Source: a virus
Virus record (IMG/VR): IMGVR_UViG_3300017824_001452
DNA length: 64,000 nt
Reading direction: 5' to 3' (one strand)
The translations under genes were made by a program, and so were the position numbers. Positions 49,082 through 57,163 of this stretch are shown one piece after another. The number at the start of each line of letters is the position of its first letter. The stretch's first letter is position 1. The notes below the pieces were generated by a model, which was not told the DNA's origin, did not search any database, and was given only the letters and a program-made list of their open reading frames with translations.

Positions 49082-50341
49082 ATGGACAAGTATAAAAAGA
49101 CAGCAGGATTAAACTATTTGAGTGAAAACTCATATAAGGGAGACGGTTCTCCTGGCATGGTAATGGGTATTGCTAGTGATGCTCGTAGTGATACTAACAC
49201 ATATGAAGGTAAAAAGCCTACGACTAACAGTAAACACAGTACTGAAAGAGAACTAAAGAAATATGATCCAGCACATGGTCATACAAAACCAGAAGGGGGA
49301 AATCCCCAAGTATGTCCTAGTTGTAAGGGAGAAGGTTGTACATCATGCGGAAACACAGGAGAAGTCATCAGCAAAAAACGCAATGACCCTAAAGTCGATG
49401 AATCATTAGAAGATATTAAAAGATTATCTGGACTAACAGAGTCTGGTTTTACAGGGGTTGAGGAAATTGATTTATTAAATGACCCAAATGGTGATCGCAC
49501 ACAGAAAGCAATATTAAGGCATCAATTAATGACAGATTATAATATTACTTTTTTACCTATACCTGGTGATATTGTTGATCATCCTGAGTTAGGCAAAGTA
49601 AAAGTTTTAAAAATTATAGGTCTTGATACTTATGGTGGTCCAGCAGAATATGAAATAGAGAATAGAAACGGTAAATCTTTTCCTATAACTTTTGATGAGT
49701 TGACAGATATGATTGGCTTCGGAGAAATAAGTGATGTGCCACAATCAGAAATATCAGAAGATATTAAAAGATTATCTGGCTTATCAGAAGCATTTGCTTG
49801 GGACGAGATTGACGAAGCAAAACGAAAGGCAAGACATGATGATGACGATGATGAAGAAGAAGATGAAAAGCCAGAAGATCCTGAAAAAGATAAAGTCCCG
49901 CATATTTTAATGCAACTAAGAAAAGCCCAAGACGTAGACGGCGATCACCCAATTAAGTTTTTAGACGGTTCAGAAGTTATTTTACCATTAAAAGATATCA
50001 ATTTGTTTACAGAAATGTACATGAATGTCAAGCCACAAGACAGAGAAAGATTACAACAAGTGGCTATTATGAGTAAAGATAAGTTTGATAAACTATTGAC
50101 GTTCTTCACACCGAAACACGGAAAATTAGAAAAGAGTATCTATGAAGATGAAGAAGCAGGAGATATGATTACAGAAGAACAGTTTGACGAAGCCGCAGGC
50201 AAAAAAGATGCTTGTTATCACAAAGTCAAAAGCAGATATAAAGTATGGCCTAGTGCATACGCATCTGGTGCTTTAGTTAAGTGTCGTAAAGTAGGTGCAT
50301 CCAATTGGGGCACTGGCGGAAAGAAAAAGAAGAAAAAATAA
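49082..50341 (+). CDS. Putative internal head polyprotein (modular)
   Basis: The start is probably ATG 49082, 5 nt after GATAAATA. It has a CPSCKGEGCTSC Zn finger, two EDIKRLSGL motifs and a C-terminal KKDACYHKVKSRYKVWPSAYASGALVKCRK module. Confidence 0.65.
   Translation: MDKYKKTAGLNYLSENSYKGDGSPGMVMGIASDARSDTNTYEGKKPTTNSKHSTERELKKYDPAHGHTKPEGGNPQVCPSCKGEGCTSCGNTGEVISKKRNDPKVDESLEDIKRLSGLTESGFTGVEEIDLLNDPNGDRTQKAILRHQLMTDYNITFLPIPGDIVDHPELGKVKVLKIIGLDTYGGPAEYEIENRNGKSFPITFDELTDMIGFGEISDVPQSEISEDIKRLSGLSEAFAWDEIDEAKRKARHDDDDDEEEDEKPEDPEKDKVPHILMQLRKAQDVDGDHPIKFLDGSEVILPLKDINLFTEMYMNVKPQDRERLQQVAIMSKDKFDKLLTFFTPKHGKLEKSIYEDEEAGDMITEEQFDEAAGKKDACYHKVKSRYKVWPSAYASGALVKCRKVGASNWGTGGKKKKKK
49408..49779 (+). 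repeat. Exact 24-nt direct repeat (49408-49431 and 49756-49779) bracketing a protein module
   Basis: agaagatattaaaagattatctgg occurs twice; a degenerate third copy lies at about 43148-43171. Confidence 0.9.
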
Positions 50342-50655
50342 TGCGTATTAATGAAATCTTAACTGAGTCAATTATCCAAGAAGATTTACGAGCCTGGTTC
50401 GGCAAAGGCAAAGACGGTGGTGCCGGAGGCGGTGGTTGGGATAGATACAATACCAAAGGCGAACGTGTAGGTAAATGCGGTGATGGTAAAGGCAAAGGCA
50501 AACCTAAGTGTTTATCTAAAAGTAAAGCCGCAAGTCTACGTAACTCTGGTGGCAAGAAAGCAATTGGAAACGCAGTCAAAAGAAAGAAAAAGAATGACCC
50601 TAATAAGAATCGCAGGGGTAAAGCAAAGAACGTAAGCAACAAGCCGAAGAAGTAA
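50341..50655 (+). CDS. Small, highly basic protein with CTS-like N-terminus
   Basis: Start corrected to 50341 (TAATG). MRINEILTESIIQE|DLRAWF...KCG...PKCL; K/G-rich. Confidence 0.7.
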   Translation: MRINEILTESIIQEDLRAWFGKGKDGGAGGGGWDRYNTKGERVGKCGDGKGKGKPKCLSKSKAASLRNSGGKKAIGNAVKRKKKNDPNKNRRGKAKNVSNKPKK

Positions 50656-50656
50656 G

Positions 50657-50851
50657 ATGAGAGCATCTGAAGTTGTCAAGCCATATCATCTTTATGCCGC
50701 AACTGTGTTTGTACAGCAACCGGGATACACAGGCAACATGGACTTCACTGTCTCTGCTCAAACACATTTTGAAGCAAGACAATTAATGAAAAAGATGTAT
50801 AATATTCCTGACTATAGAATAGGAAGTTTACGTTTAGTTAAACGAGGTTAA
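50657..50851 (+). CDS. Small hypothetical protein
   Basis: 64 aa, MRASE N-terminus, last gene of the operon. Confidence 0.6.
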   Translation: MRASEVVKPYHLYAATVFVQQPGYTGNMDFTVSAQTHFEARQLMKKMYNIPDYRIGSLRLVKRG

Positions 50852-51591
50852 GCAGGTTTACTGTAAACAAAATACTTTCTGTCATTAGCATCTTGTTTGA
50901 ACGTCTCTAGTTCTAATCCAAACTCTTTAGCAAAGTTGTGAGCAACTTCAAAACTCCACTCAAATACTTCTACCCAAGGCCCGTTCTTATGTTGAATACC
51001 TGGATTGACTCTAAAGAACATCTTACCACCTTTAGCAAGTAACTTATTACAGTTTGCTAATCTCACTCTAATATCTTCAATACTATTAAAGTTAATAGAT
51101 CCTAATGCTATAATTGCATCAAAGTGTTCATCAACATTTGCATATTCTAAAACATCAACTTGATAGTCTGACATATTGTTATAAGGATCAATGCCGATCA
51201 AGTTTGGTATACGTTCTTTAAATTGATTGTATCCGCAACCTACATCTAATACTGCTTTAGGATTAAGTTTTTTAACTTCATCAACTAACTGCCAGCCTGT
51301 ATAACTATATATTTCTGTCTGTGGCTTCCAAATTTCACCGAAAAACATACTAGAGTATTTGATGTCTAGTTGATCAACAACAGATTCGATAGTGCCTTCC
51401 CATCTAATTTTTGCATCTAAGTCCATTGTTGCTAAAATATCTTCTTTGAACTTATCAAACTTGACTGGAGTAATAGCCATTTCTTCAAACGTAGTTTTCT
51501 CATTGAGATTAGTTCTGATGTGATCGTATTTAGGTAAGTTCAGTGCCTCATCTAAATTTTCCATAACCAAGTTAAAAATTTTGCTATTCAT
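50848..51591 (-). CDS. Class I SAM-dependent methyltransferase
   Basis: VLDVGCG, IGIDP, FDAIIALGSINF and LAKGGKMF. Confidence 0.85.
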   Translation of the reverse strand: MNSKIFNLVMENLDEALNLPKYDHIRTNLNEKTTFEEMAITPVKFDKFKEDILATMDLDAKIRWEGTIESVVDQLDIKYSSMFFGEIWKPQTEIYSYTGWQLVDEVKKLNPKAVLDVGCGYNQFKERIPNLIGIDPYNNMSDYQVDVLEYANVDEHFDAIIALGSINFNSIEDIRVRLANCNKLLAKGGKMFFRVNPGIQHKNGPWVEVFEWSFEVAHNFAKEFGLELETFKQDANDRKYFVYSKPA

Positions 51592-51619
51592 CGAATTTTT
51601 TTGTCCTTACTGTAAATTG

Positions 51620-51635
51620 TATAAATATATTTATA
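51620..51635. promoter_or_regulatory. Palindromic pair of T4-type late promoters (TATAAATATATTTATA)
   Basis: A perfect 16-bp palindrome giving TATAAATA on both strands, in the divergent intergenic region. A further GATAAATA lies at 51673-51680. Confidence 0.7.
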
Positions 51636-51725
51636 ATTTTTATGAAGTGCGTATATTTTTCTCAATCCCAGAGATAAATACTAGTAGTGATTATTTTAAT
51701 TACTACAACCCTTAAGGAGAATAAT

Positions 51726-52424
51726 ATGAAATCAAACAAAGAATTTGTTGCTAGTATTGTCGAAGGCAATCAAGCATTATTCAAAGCAAGTCAACTTAAC
51801 GTTGCAGAGTATTTCGACAACATGCCTGACGAGGATGCGTTGGTAGAACACTTTGTTGGACGTATGGTTAACGAAAGAATGAACATGGTAGAGATTAGTA
51901 ATAATATTGCATCTATGCCTGCTGATGCAGATCCTGTTGAACTTCAAAACTTAACTAAACAAGCAAACGATGAAGCAATTCATTTTCGTTTAGTAAAAGA
52001 AGTTATTGAACATATCAAAGGTGAAGAGATTGATGTTGCAGAAGCAATCGCCGCTGAAGAAGCAAAGCCTACTGCTAAAGGTGCAAGCCTTTTAGAAAAG
52101 TATGGTGCTGATTCTGATCCAGCCGCTCTTGCCGCATATCAATTAGTTGCAGAAGGTCGTGCAGAAGCCGTTTGGAACACAATGGCAGAAGTAATCGATG
52201 ATGAGTTTATCTCAACTCGTTATGCTAAAATTGCTAAAGACGAAGGTTTCCACAGCACAATCGGCGCAATGAAGTTAGAAACTTTAGTCGGTGATGCTGA
52301 AACTCAAGCACGTATCGAAGAACTTGTTTCAAACATGCGTAAAGACTTGTATGAAATTTCATGCAAAAACACTAGCCATAATGCAGAAGGACAAAAATTA
52401 GTATCAGAAGCATACGGTTGGTAA
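51726..52424 (+). CDS. Ferritin-like di-iron carboxylate enzyme
   Basis: E...DEAIH...E...DEGFH ligand pattern. Start corrected to ATG 51726 after aaggag. Confidence 0.8.
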   Translation: MKSNKEFVASIVEGNQALFKASQLNVAEYFDNMPDEDALVEHFVGRMVNERMNMVEISNNIASMPADADPVELQNLTKQANDEAIHFRLVKEVIEHIKGEEIDVAEAIAAEEAKPTAKGASLLEKYGADSDPAALAAYQLVAEGRAEAVWNTMAEVIDDEFISTRYAKIAKDEGFHSTIGAMKLETLVGDAETQARIEELVSNMRKDLYEISCKNTSHNAEGQKLVSEAYGW

Positions 52425-52437
52425 GCAGAAGTATGTA

Positions 52438-52989
52438 GTGAATATCGGTCTATCACAGAGGATATTACATTATAACAACGTGGCGTATGATTGCTTAGAA
52501 CACGGTTGGTACAGCCTGTTAAGTGATCATACGTTTTTTTATATCCCTAACATAATAGAACAAGACTATAAAAAATTAGTTAGAGATTTAGACTTAGTAA
52601 TCTTAACAGGTGGAGACGCAAGTCCTCAAAGAATACTAGTCGAAACAAAAGTATTAACGCAATGTTATATACAAGACAAACCTGTATTAGGAGTTTGTCA
52701 CGGTGCATTTCTTATTAACGAATTAGAGCAAGGAGTTAATAGCACAATAGAAAATCATTACGATACTACTCACGGGATTATTTTAGAAGGTGAGAAGTAC
52801 GAAGTAAATAGTTTTCACATGAATCAGTTAAAGGAAGTTGGCGCAGATTTAAATGCTATTGCACACGCCGATGATGGAAGTATTGAAGCATTTAGACACA
52901 AAAACAGAAAACTTTGGGGACTAGTTTGGCATCCTGAAAGAATGCAAGATCCTGTTTTACCTGACGACCTTAGGAGTTTTATACTATGA
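52438..52989 (+). CDS. Class I glutamine amidotransferase / peptidase C26-like
   Basis: ILTGG, LGVCHG nucleophile, VNSFH and WHPE catalytic motifs. Confidence 0.9.
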   Translation: MNIGLSQRILHYNNVAYDCLEHGWYSLLSDHTFFYIPNIIEQDYKKLVRDLDLVILTGGDASPQRILVETKVLTQCYIQDKPVLGVCHGAFLINELEQGVNSTIENHYDTTHGIILEGEKYEVNSFHMNQLKEVGADLNAIAHADDGSIEAFRHKNRKLWGLVWHPERMQDPVLPDDLRSFIL

Positions 52990-53762
52990 GAGTATTAATA
53001 TTTGGTCTACCCGGAAGTGGTAAGACATATCTAGCAAAACGACTAGTTGAATACTTAGGTGACAATGTTGCCTGGTTTAATGCTGATCAGGTTCGCAGTG
53101 ATGTAAATGACTGGGACTTTTCAGAAGAAGGTAGATTAAGACAAAAACAAAGAATAGATAATCTTTGTAAAGAAGCCGAAGACAATGGTAAAATTGCAAT
53201 CGCAGATTTTATTTGTCCTTTTAAAAAAGCAAGAAAAGAATTTAGTGCTGATTATGAAATCTTTGTCGATACAATTGAAGAAGGTATATTTGAAGACACA
53301 AATCAAATATTTGAAAGACCAATTGCTACAGACTATAATATACATGAAAAACGAGGTGATATAGATGCAAAAATTATTGCATATGAAATAGGACAAAGAT
53401 TTATATGGGATAATACAGCACCTACAACTCAAATGTTAGGTAGATGGCAACCATGGCATGGAGGACATCAAGCATTATTTGATAGAGCAATAGCAAAACA
53501 CGGACAAGTTTTTTTAATGGTCAGAGATATGCCCATAGATATTAATAATCCTTTTCCGGCGTATGAAGTAGTAGAAAATTTACAACAAGTTTTATACAAA
53601 CATGCAGGAAAAGTAAAAATACAAGTTGTGCCTAACTTATTAAACATCACATATGGTAGAGATGTAGGATACAAAATCGAACAAGAAACGTTTGAACGTG
53701 AAGTACATGATATAAGTGCAACTAGAATACGTGAACAAATGAGACAAGACGGAGTATTATAA
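52986..53762 (+). CDS. Adenylylsulfate kinase-like domain fused to an HxGH nucleotidyltransferase
   Basis: N-terminal GLPGSGKT, NADQVR, DFSEEGR, ADFICP and FERP; C-terminal GRWQPWHGGH and ISATRIR. Confidence 0.8.
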   Translation: MRVLIFGLPGSGKTYLAKRLVEYLGDNVAWFNADQVRSDVNDWDFSEEGRLRQKQRIDNLCKEAEDNGKIAIADFICPFKKARKEFSADYEIFVDTIEEGIFEDTNQIFERPIATDYNIHEKRGDIDAKIIAYEIGQRFIWDNTAPTTQMLGRWQPWHGGHQALFDRAIAKHGQVFLMVRDMPIDINNPFPAYEVVENLQQVLYKHAGKVKIQVVPNLLNITYGRDVGYKIEQETFEREVHDISATRIREQMRQDGVL

Positions 53763-54433
53763 TGAAAGGAATGGTAAACGTTTTTGGAACGTTAGACATA
53801 AAAGATCGTTACAACATGACGATTATCAAATTAGAAGCCAATGAACTTAAGACTTATAAACCAATTGGTATGGCGTATGTTATGTTAAGAAATGCTAGTT
53901 TTGAAAGCAATAACATTACATTAACAAATAAAAATGCATGTGTCAATACAGGAGATAATTTTACAATATCTTGCGGAGAACAAGGCTCTGCATGTATCGT
54001 TGAGTTTCCAGGACTTAGTTTATTAGAAAGTCGCATTTTTATACAAGAATGTTTAGACATAGGTAACTTAAGTTATATGGACGGCGGCACAAATACTACA
54101 GCAATCAATCCAGGTAGATTAGGTGACCCTGTTATTAACTATGTGCATTTTCCTGCAGGTATGTATCAGACATTACACACGCACCCTTCTCACAGAGTTG
54201 GACTAGTCATCAAAGGCAATGGCAAGATAGAATTAGACAACAAAGAATTTTATGATGTCAACGAAGGCGAAGTATTTTTCATGCGTAGAAATTGTTTACA
54301 TAACTTTATCTGTGACAAAGACGAAGATGTAATCGTGTTTGTATGGGCGCCAGACAGTGGTACAGGCCCTACAGATGAAATTAACCCATTAAAAATTAGA
54401 ACATATGTTGGACAGCAAAGATATCACAAGTAA
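53762..54433 (+). CDS. Cupin-domain protein
   Basis: QTLHTHPSHRVGLVIKGNG and GEVFF...LHNF cupin motifs. Confidence 0.8.
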   Translation: MKGMVNVFGTLDIKDRYNMTIIKLEANELKTYKPIGMAYVMLRNASFESNNITLTNKNACVNTGDNFTISCGEQGSACIVEFPGLSLLESRIFIQECLDIGNLSYMDGGTNTTAINPGRLGDPVINYVHFPAGMYQTLHTHPSHRVGLVIKGNGKIELDNKEFYDVNEGEVFFMRRNCLHNFICDKDEDVIVFVWAPDSGTGPTDEINPLKIRTYVGQQRYHK

Positions 54434-55070
54434 AAAAATCTTAATCATTACAGGTCCACAAGGGTCTGGTAATCATTTATTCAGTAGACTGTTTAGTTTA
54501 CATGATGACGTAGGCGGCTGGGAAGAATTAAATGAAAAGTATTGGGTACCCAGTGATGAAGAAACATTTGCTGAGTATTGGGTTTATCCTGAACGTCTAA
54601 AAGATTTTGATTTTAGTAAACATAATTACTGGGTAGCAAACGTCAGTTGTCCATTCATGTACGATGGCACACGTTATACACCTAAAATAAAAGAGTTTGC
54701 AGACGAATGTATTAAACTAGGCATTGATGTTACAATAGGTATAATCGTAAGAGATAAAAACATAAACGTAGAACAACAGAAAAGAGTTAGAAAAGAAGTA
54801 ACTCTGCCGATAGCACTTAACTATTACTATACAAATCTATTAGATTATAATGTGCATTTCTTAGACCATGAAGCATTCTTTTTACATAAGGCTTATTATC
54901 TAAGATATGTAAGTAAAATTTTAGACTTTCCAGTTGCATATGATAATCCAGATATAATGAAATTTATTTGGGAAGATGCAAATCATAAGTATGTCAAATA
55001 TGTAGACGAACATTGGCTTGACAAAGAGGTGTGGGACGGTATTAGAACTAAGGAAGAAAGAAACGTATGA
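54405..55070 (+). CDS. Sulfotransferase-fold / P-loop protein
   Basis: IITGPQGSGNHLFSRLF (5'PSB-like) and GIIVRD (3'PB-like). Confidence 0.6.
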   Translation: MLDSKDITSKKILIITGPQGSGNHLFSRLFSLHDDVGGWEELNEKYWVPSDEETFAEYWVYPERLKDFDFSKHNYWVANVSCPFMYDGTRYTPKIKEFADECIKLGIDVTIGIIVRDKNINVEQQKRVRKEVTLPIALNYYYTNLLDYNVHFLDHEAFFLHKAYYLRYVSKILDFPVAYDNPDIMKFIWEDANHKYVKYVDEHWLDKEVWDGIRTKEERNV

Positions 55071-55687
55071 AATATATTTTTGTAGCAGGGGCACCCGGAT
55101 CTAAATGGAGTAGTGTATGTAAAAACATCTACTACAGTGATTCTATAGATCAAAGTGATGCTAGTGAAGACAGAGAGTATTGGCATGATGCTAGTGGGCA
55201 ACTAGACTTAATGCATATTGGTGCATACTTTGATCCAGGCATGGAGTTCGGAGATTTCTTTTTGTTTCTTAACAAGTATACAAAAGAAGAATGTGAAGCA
55301 GAGTTTGATAGACCTTTTTCAGGCGAAGGTGTGCGTATTATTAAGAGTCATGTGTTCGCACATCACATAGACTTTCTAAAAGATAACTGGCCAGACTGCC
55401 CTATTGTTTTAGTTCACAGAGATAATGATGCATGTTTGGGTTGGTGGGTAAGATGTGGACACTTTGATATTACATACCCTCTCTATCATAAATATTATGT
55501 GAATTTAAGAGAAATGAGTAAGATTGTAGACGATCAAAACAGAGATATCGTCAATGCATGGAAAAGATATGGTGGCATTAGCCCGAAAGATAATTTAGAT
55601 TTAGCAGATATATTAAAAATCAATAGGCCACCAGAAGAATATCAGCAAGACTACAATCTAAAAGATATTGGAATAAAAGTAATATGA
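55067..55687 (+). CDS. Sulfotransferase-fold / P-loop protein
   Basis: IFVAGAPGSKWSSV, IIKSH and PIVLVHRD. Confidence 0.6.
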   Translation: MKYIFVAGAPGSKWSSVCKNIYYSDSIDQSDASEDREYWHDASGQLDLMHIGAYFDPGMEFGDFFLFLNKYTKEECEAEFDRPFSGEGVRIIKSHVFAHHIDFLKDNWPDCPIVLVHRDNDACLGWWVRCGHFDITYPLYHKYYVNLREMSKIVDDQNRDIVNAWKRYGGISPKDNLDLADILKINRPPEEYQQDYNLKDIGIKVI

Positions 55688-56355
55688 CACAAAGCAGTTG
55701 GGAACAATTAAAACAAAGAAGCAATTATCACTTTGACCCTGATTTGATGCATCCTCTCTATGATACAGTCGATAGAGTAGGCGTAATTGATTTGAGTAGC
55801 ATCACACAAGAAGAATTAGACAAAGTTGTAGCAGAGTCTAAAGAAGCAACATGGCGTACGAGAGGCAACCCTAAAAAAGAATCTAAAGTCAGAGGAGAAG
55901 ATGAATTTAAGACTGAAGACTATGACTTAGAAAAGACAGGTTATGGTATTGACTATGTTGTCAGTAATCTTAACTGGGAAGTGCCACCAAACATACAAGC
56001 AATTGCAGATCAGTTTGGTTTAGATGATATGATGACTAGAATTCATGTACAGAATCCAGGTCAAGTATGGAACTTGCACATGGACAAATTAGAAAAATGG
56101 AACTTTGAAGACCCAAGTACTGTAGAAAGATACATGATTCAATTATCTGATTGGAGACCCGGTCAATGGTTTAGTTATGGTAACTATACTTTTGAGCATT
56201 GGAAAGCAGGAGATGTGACTACATTTAGATGGCAAGATGTTCCTCACTCAACTGCAAACGCAGGTCATCACCCTCGTATTACTTTACAAGTTACTGGAGT
56301 TCGTACTGATAAATCTAAAGAGTTTATACGATTGTTACGAAAAGGAGAGTTATAA
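55684..56355 (+). CDS. 2-oxoglutarate/Fe(II)-dependent oxygenase
   Basis: LHMD (HxD), distal PHST His and RITLQ (2OG-binding Arg). Confidence 0.8.
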   Translation: MTQSSWEQLKQRSNYHFDPDLMHPLYDTVDRVGVIDLSSITQEELDKVVAESKEATWRTRGNPKKESKVRGEDEFKTEDYDLEKTGYGIDYVVSNLNWEVPPNIQAIADQFGLDDMMTRIHVQNPGQVWNLHMDKLEKWNFEDPSTVERYMIQLSDWRPGQWFSYGNYTFEHWKAGDVTTFRWQDVPHSTANAGHHPRITLQVTGVRTDKSKEFIRLLRKGEL

Positions 56356-56616
56356 CTCTCTTTTGTTGACATCCTTGCAGATTTCTTTTGCAAGATCACT
56401 ACCAGTTGTCACAAACAAAAACGGAAAGAACGCATGTATGATAACAGCAAGGCCTGTTAATAGCATACTTACACCATAGTACAATGCACAACTTAAATGT
56501 TCCGTGTATGTTTCACCCAAAGAGTGTGGATGTTCTGTAAATTTGTTTCGGAGTTTATTGAAAAACGTGATTGTTTTGCTCTCCGTATATTTTAATATAC
56601 TTGCCGGCAATTTCAT
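56350..56616 (-). CDS. Small membrane protein (DUF6356-like)
   Basis: FTEHPHSLGETYTEHL...IIHAFFPFLF pattern. Confidence 0.65.
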   Translation of the reverse strand: MKLPASILKYTESKTITFFNKLRNKFTEHPHSLGETYTEHLSCALYYGVSMLLTGLAVIIHAFFPFLFVTTGSDLAKEICKDVNKREL

Positions 56617-57094
56617 CTGCTTCTGATTCTATAGGAGACCCTGGATAACTTGAATTGGGTGTGATTAAACCTTTTTCTCCTTGTCTGATATGAACAAGTT
56701 CATGGAATACTGTTCTAAGAATATCAATTAGATTTCTGTTGCCATAGACCCAAATCTCGTCAGAACCAAGTTCGTGTCTACCCGTATGATGACCGTCTTG
56801 TGCCTCTTGTGTATCATAACTTAACTTGACTTTAGGCATATTTTCAATTTTTAAAACATTACCCATCCAATGTGCGGCTTTTGTTACTTCATCCTCAATG
56901 TTTAAACCATCATCAAACATTTGATCAGAAGCAGTTAATTCTTGTCTTGCTTTGTGTGCTTGTTTGGCAGCCTGCTTGGCATTACGATAAATTTTACCTT
57001 TTTCGTCTACGTTATATTGATCACTCTTAATCTTGGGAAGTCTGTTTTCCAAGTCTTTAAGCGGATCTTCATTGATAAATTGATAGGCTCTCAT
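56555..57094 (-). CDS. Zincin-like metallopeptidase (HExxH) with CTS-like N-terminus
   Basis: TVFHELVHIRQ...PIESEA. Start corrected to MRAYQFINE at 57094, 5 nt after a minus-strand GATAAATA (57107-57100). Confidence 0.75.
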   Translation of the reverse strand: MRAYQFINEDPLKDLENRLPKIKSDQYNVDEKGKIYRNAKQAAKQAHKARQELTASDQMFDDGLNIEDEVTKAAHWMGNVLKIENMPKVKLSYDTQEAQDGHHTGRHELGSDEIWVYGNRNLIDILRTVFHELVHIRQGEKGLITPNSSYPGSPIESEADEIAGKYIKIYGEQNNHVFQ

Positions 57095-57134
57095 ACTATT
57101 ATTTATCAATAATTGCTTTTGGGAAATGTTTTGC

Positions 57135-57163
57135 TTGACTCTAACCGTATTAAATATTACAAT
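57135..57163 (+). promoter_or_regulatory. sigma70 promoter TTGACT-17-TACAAT, leaderless
   Basis: The -10 box ends 7 nt before ATG 57171. Confidence 0.75.
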
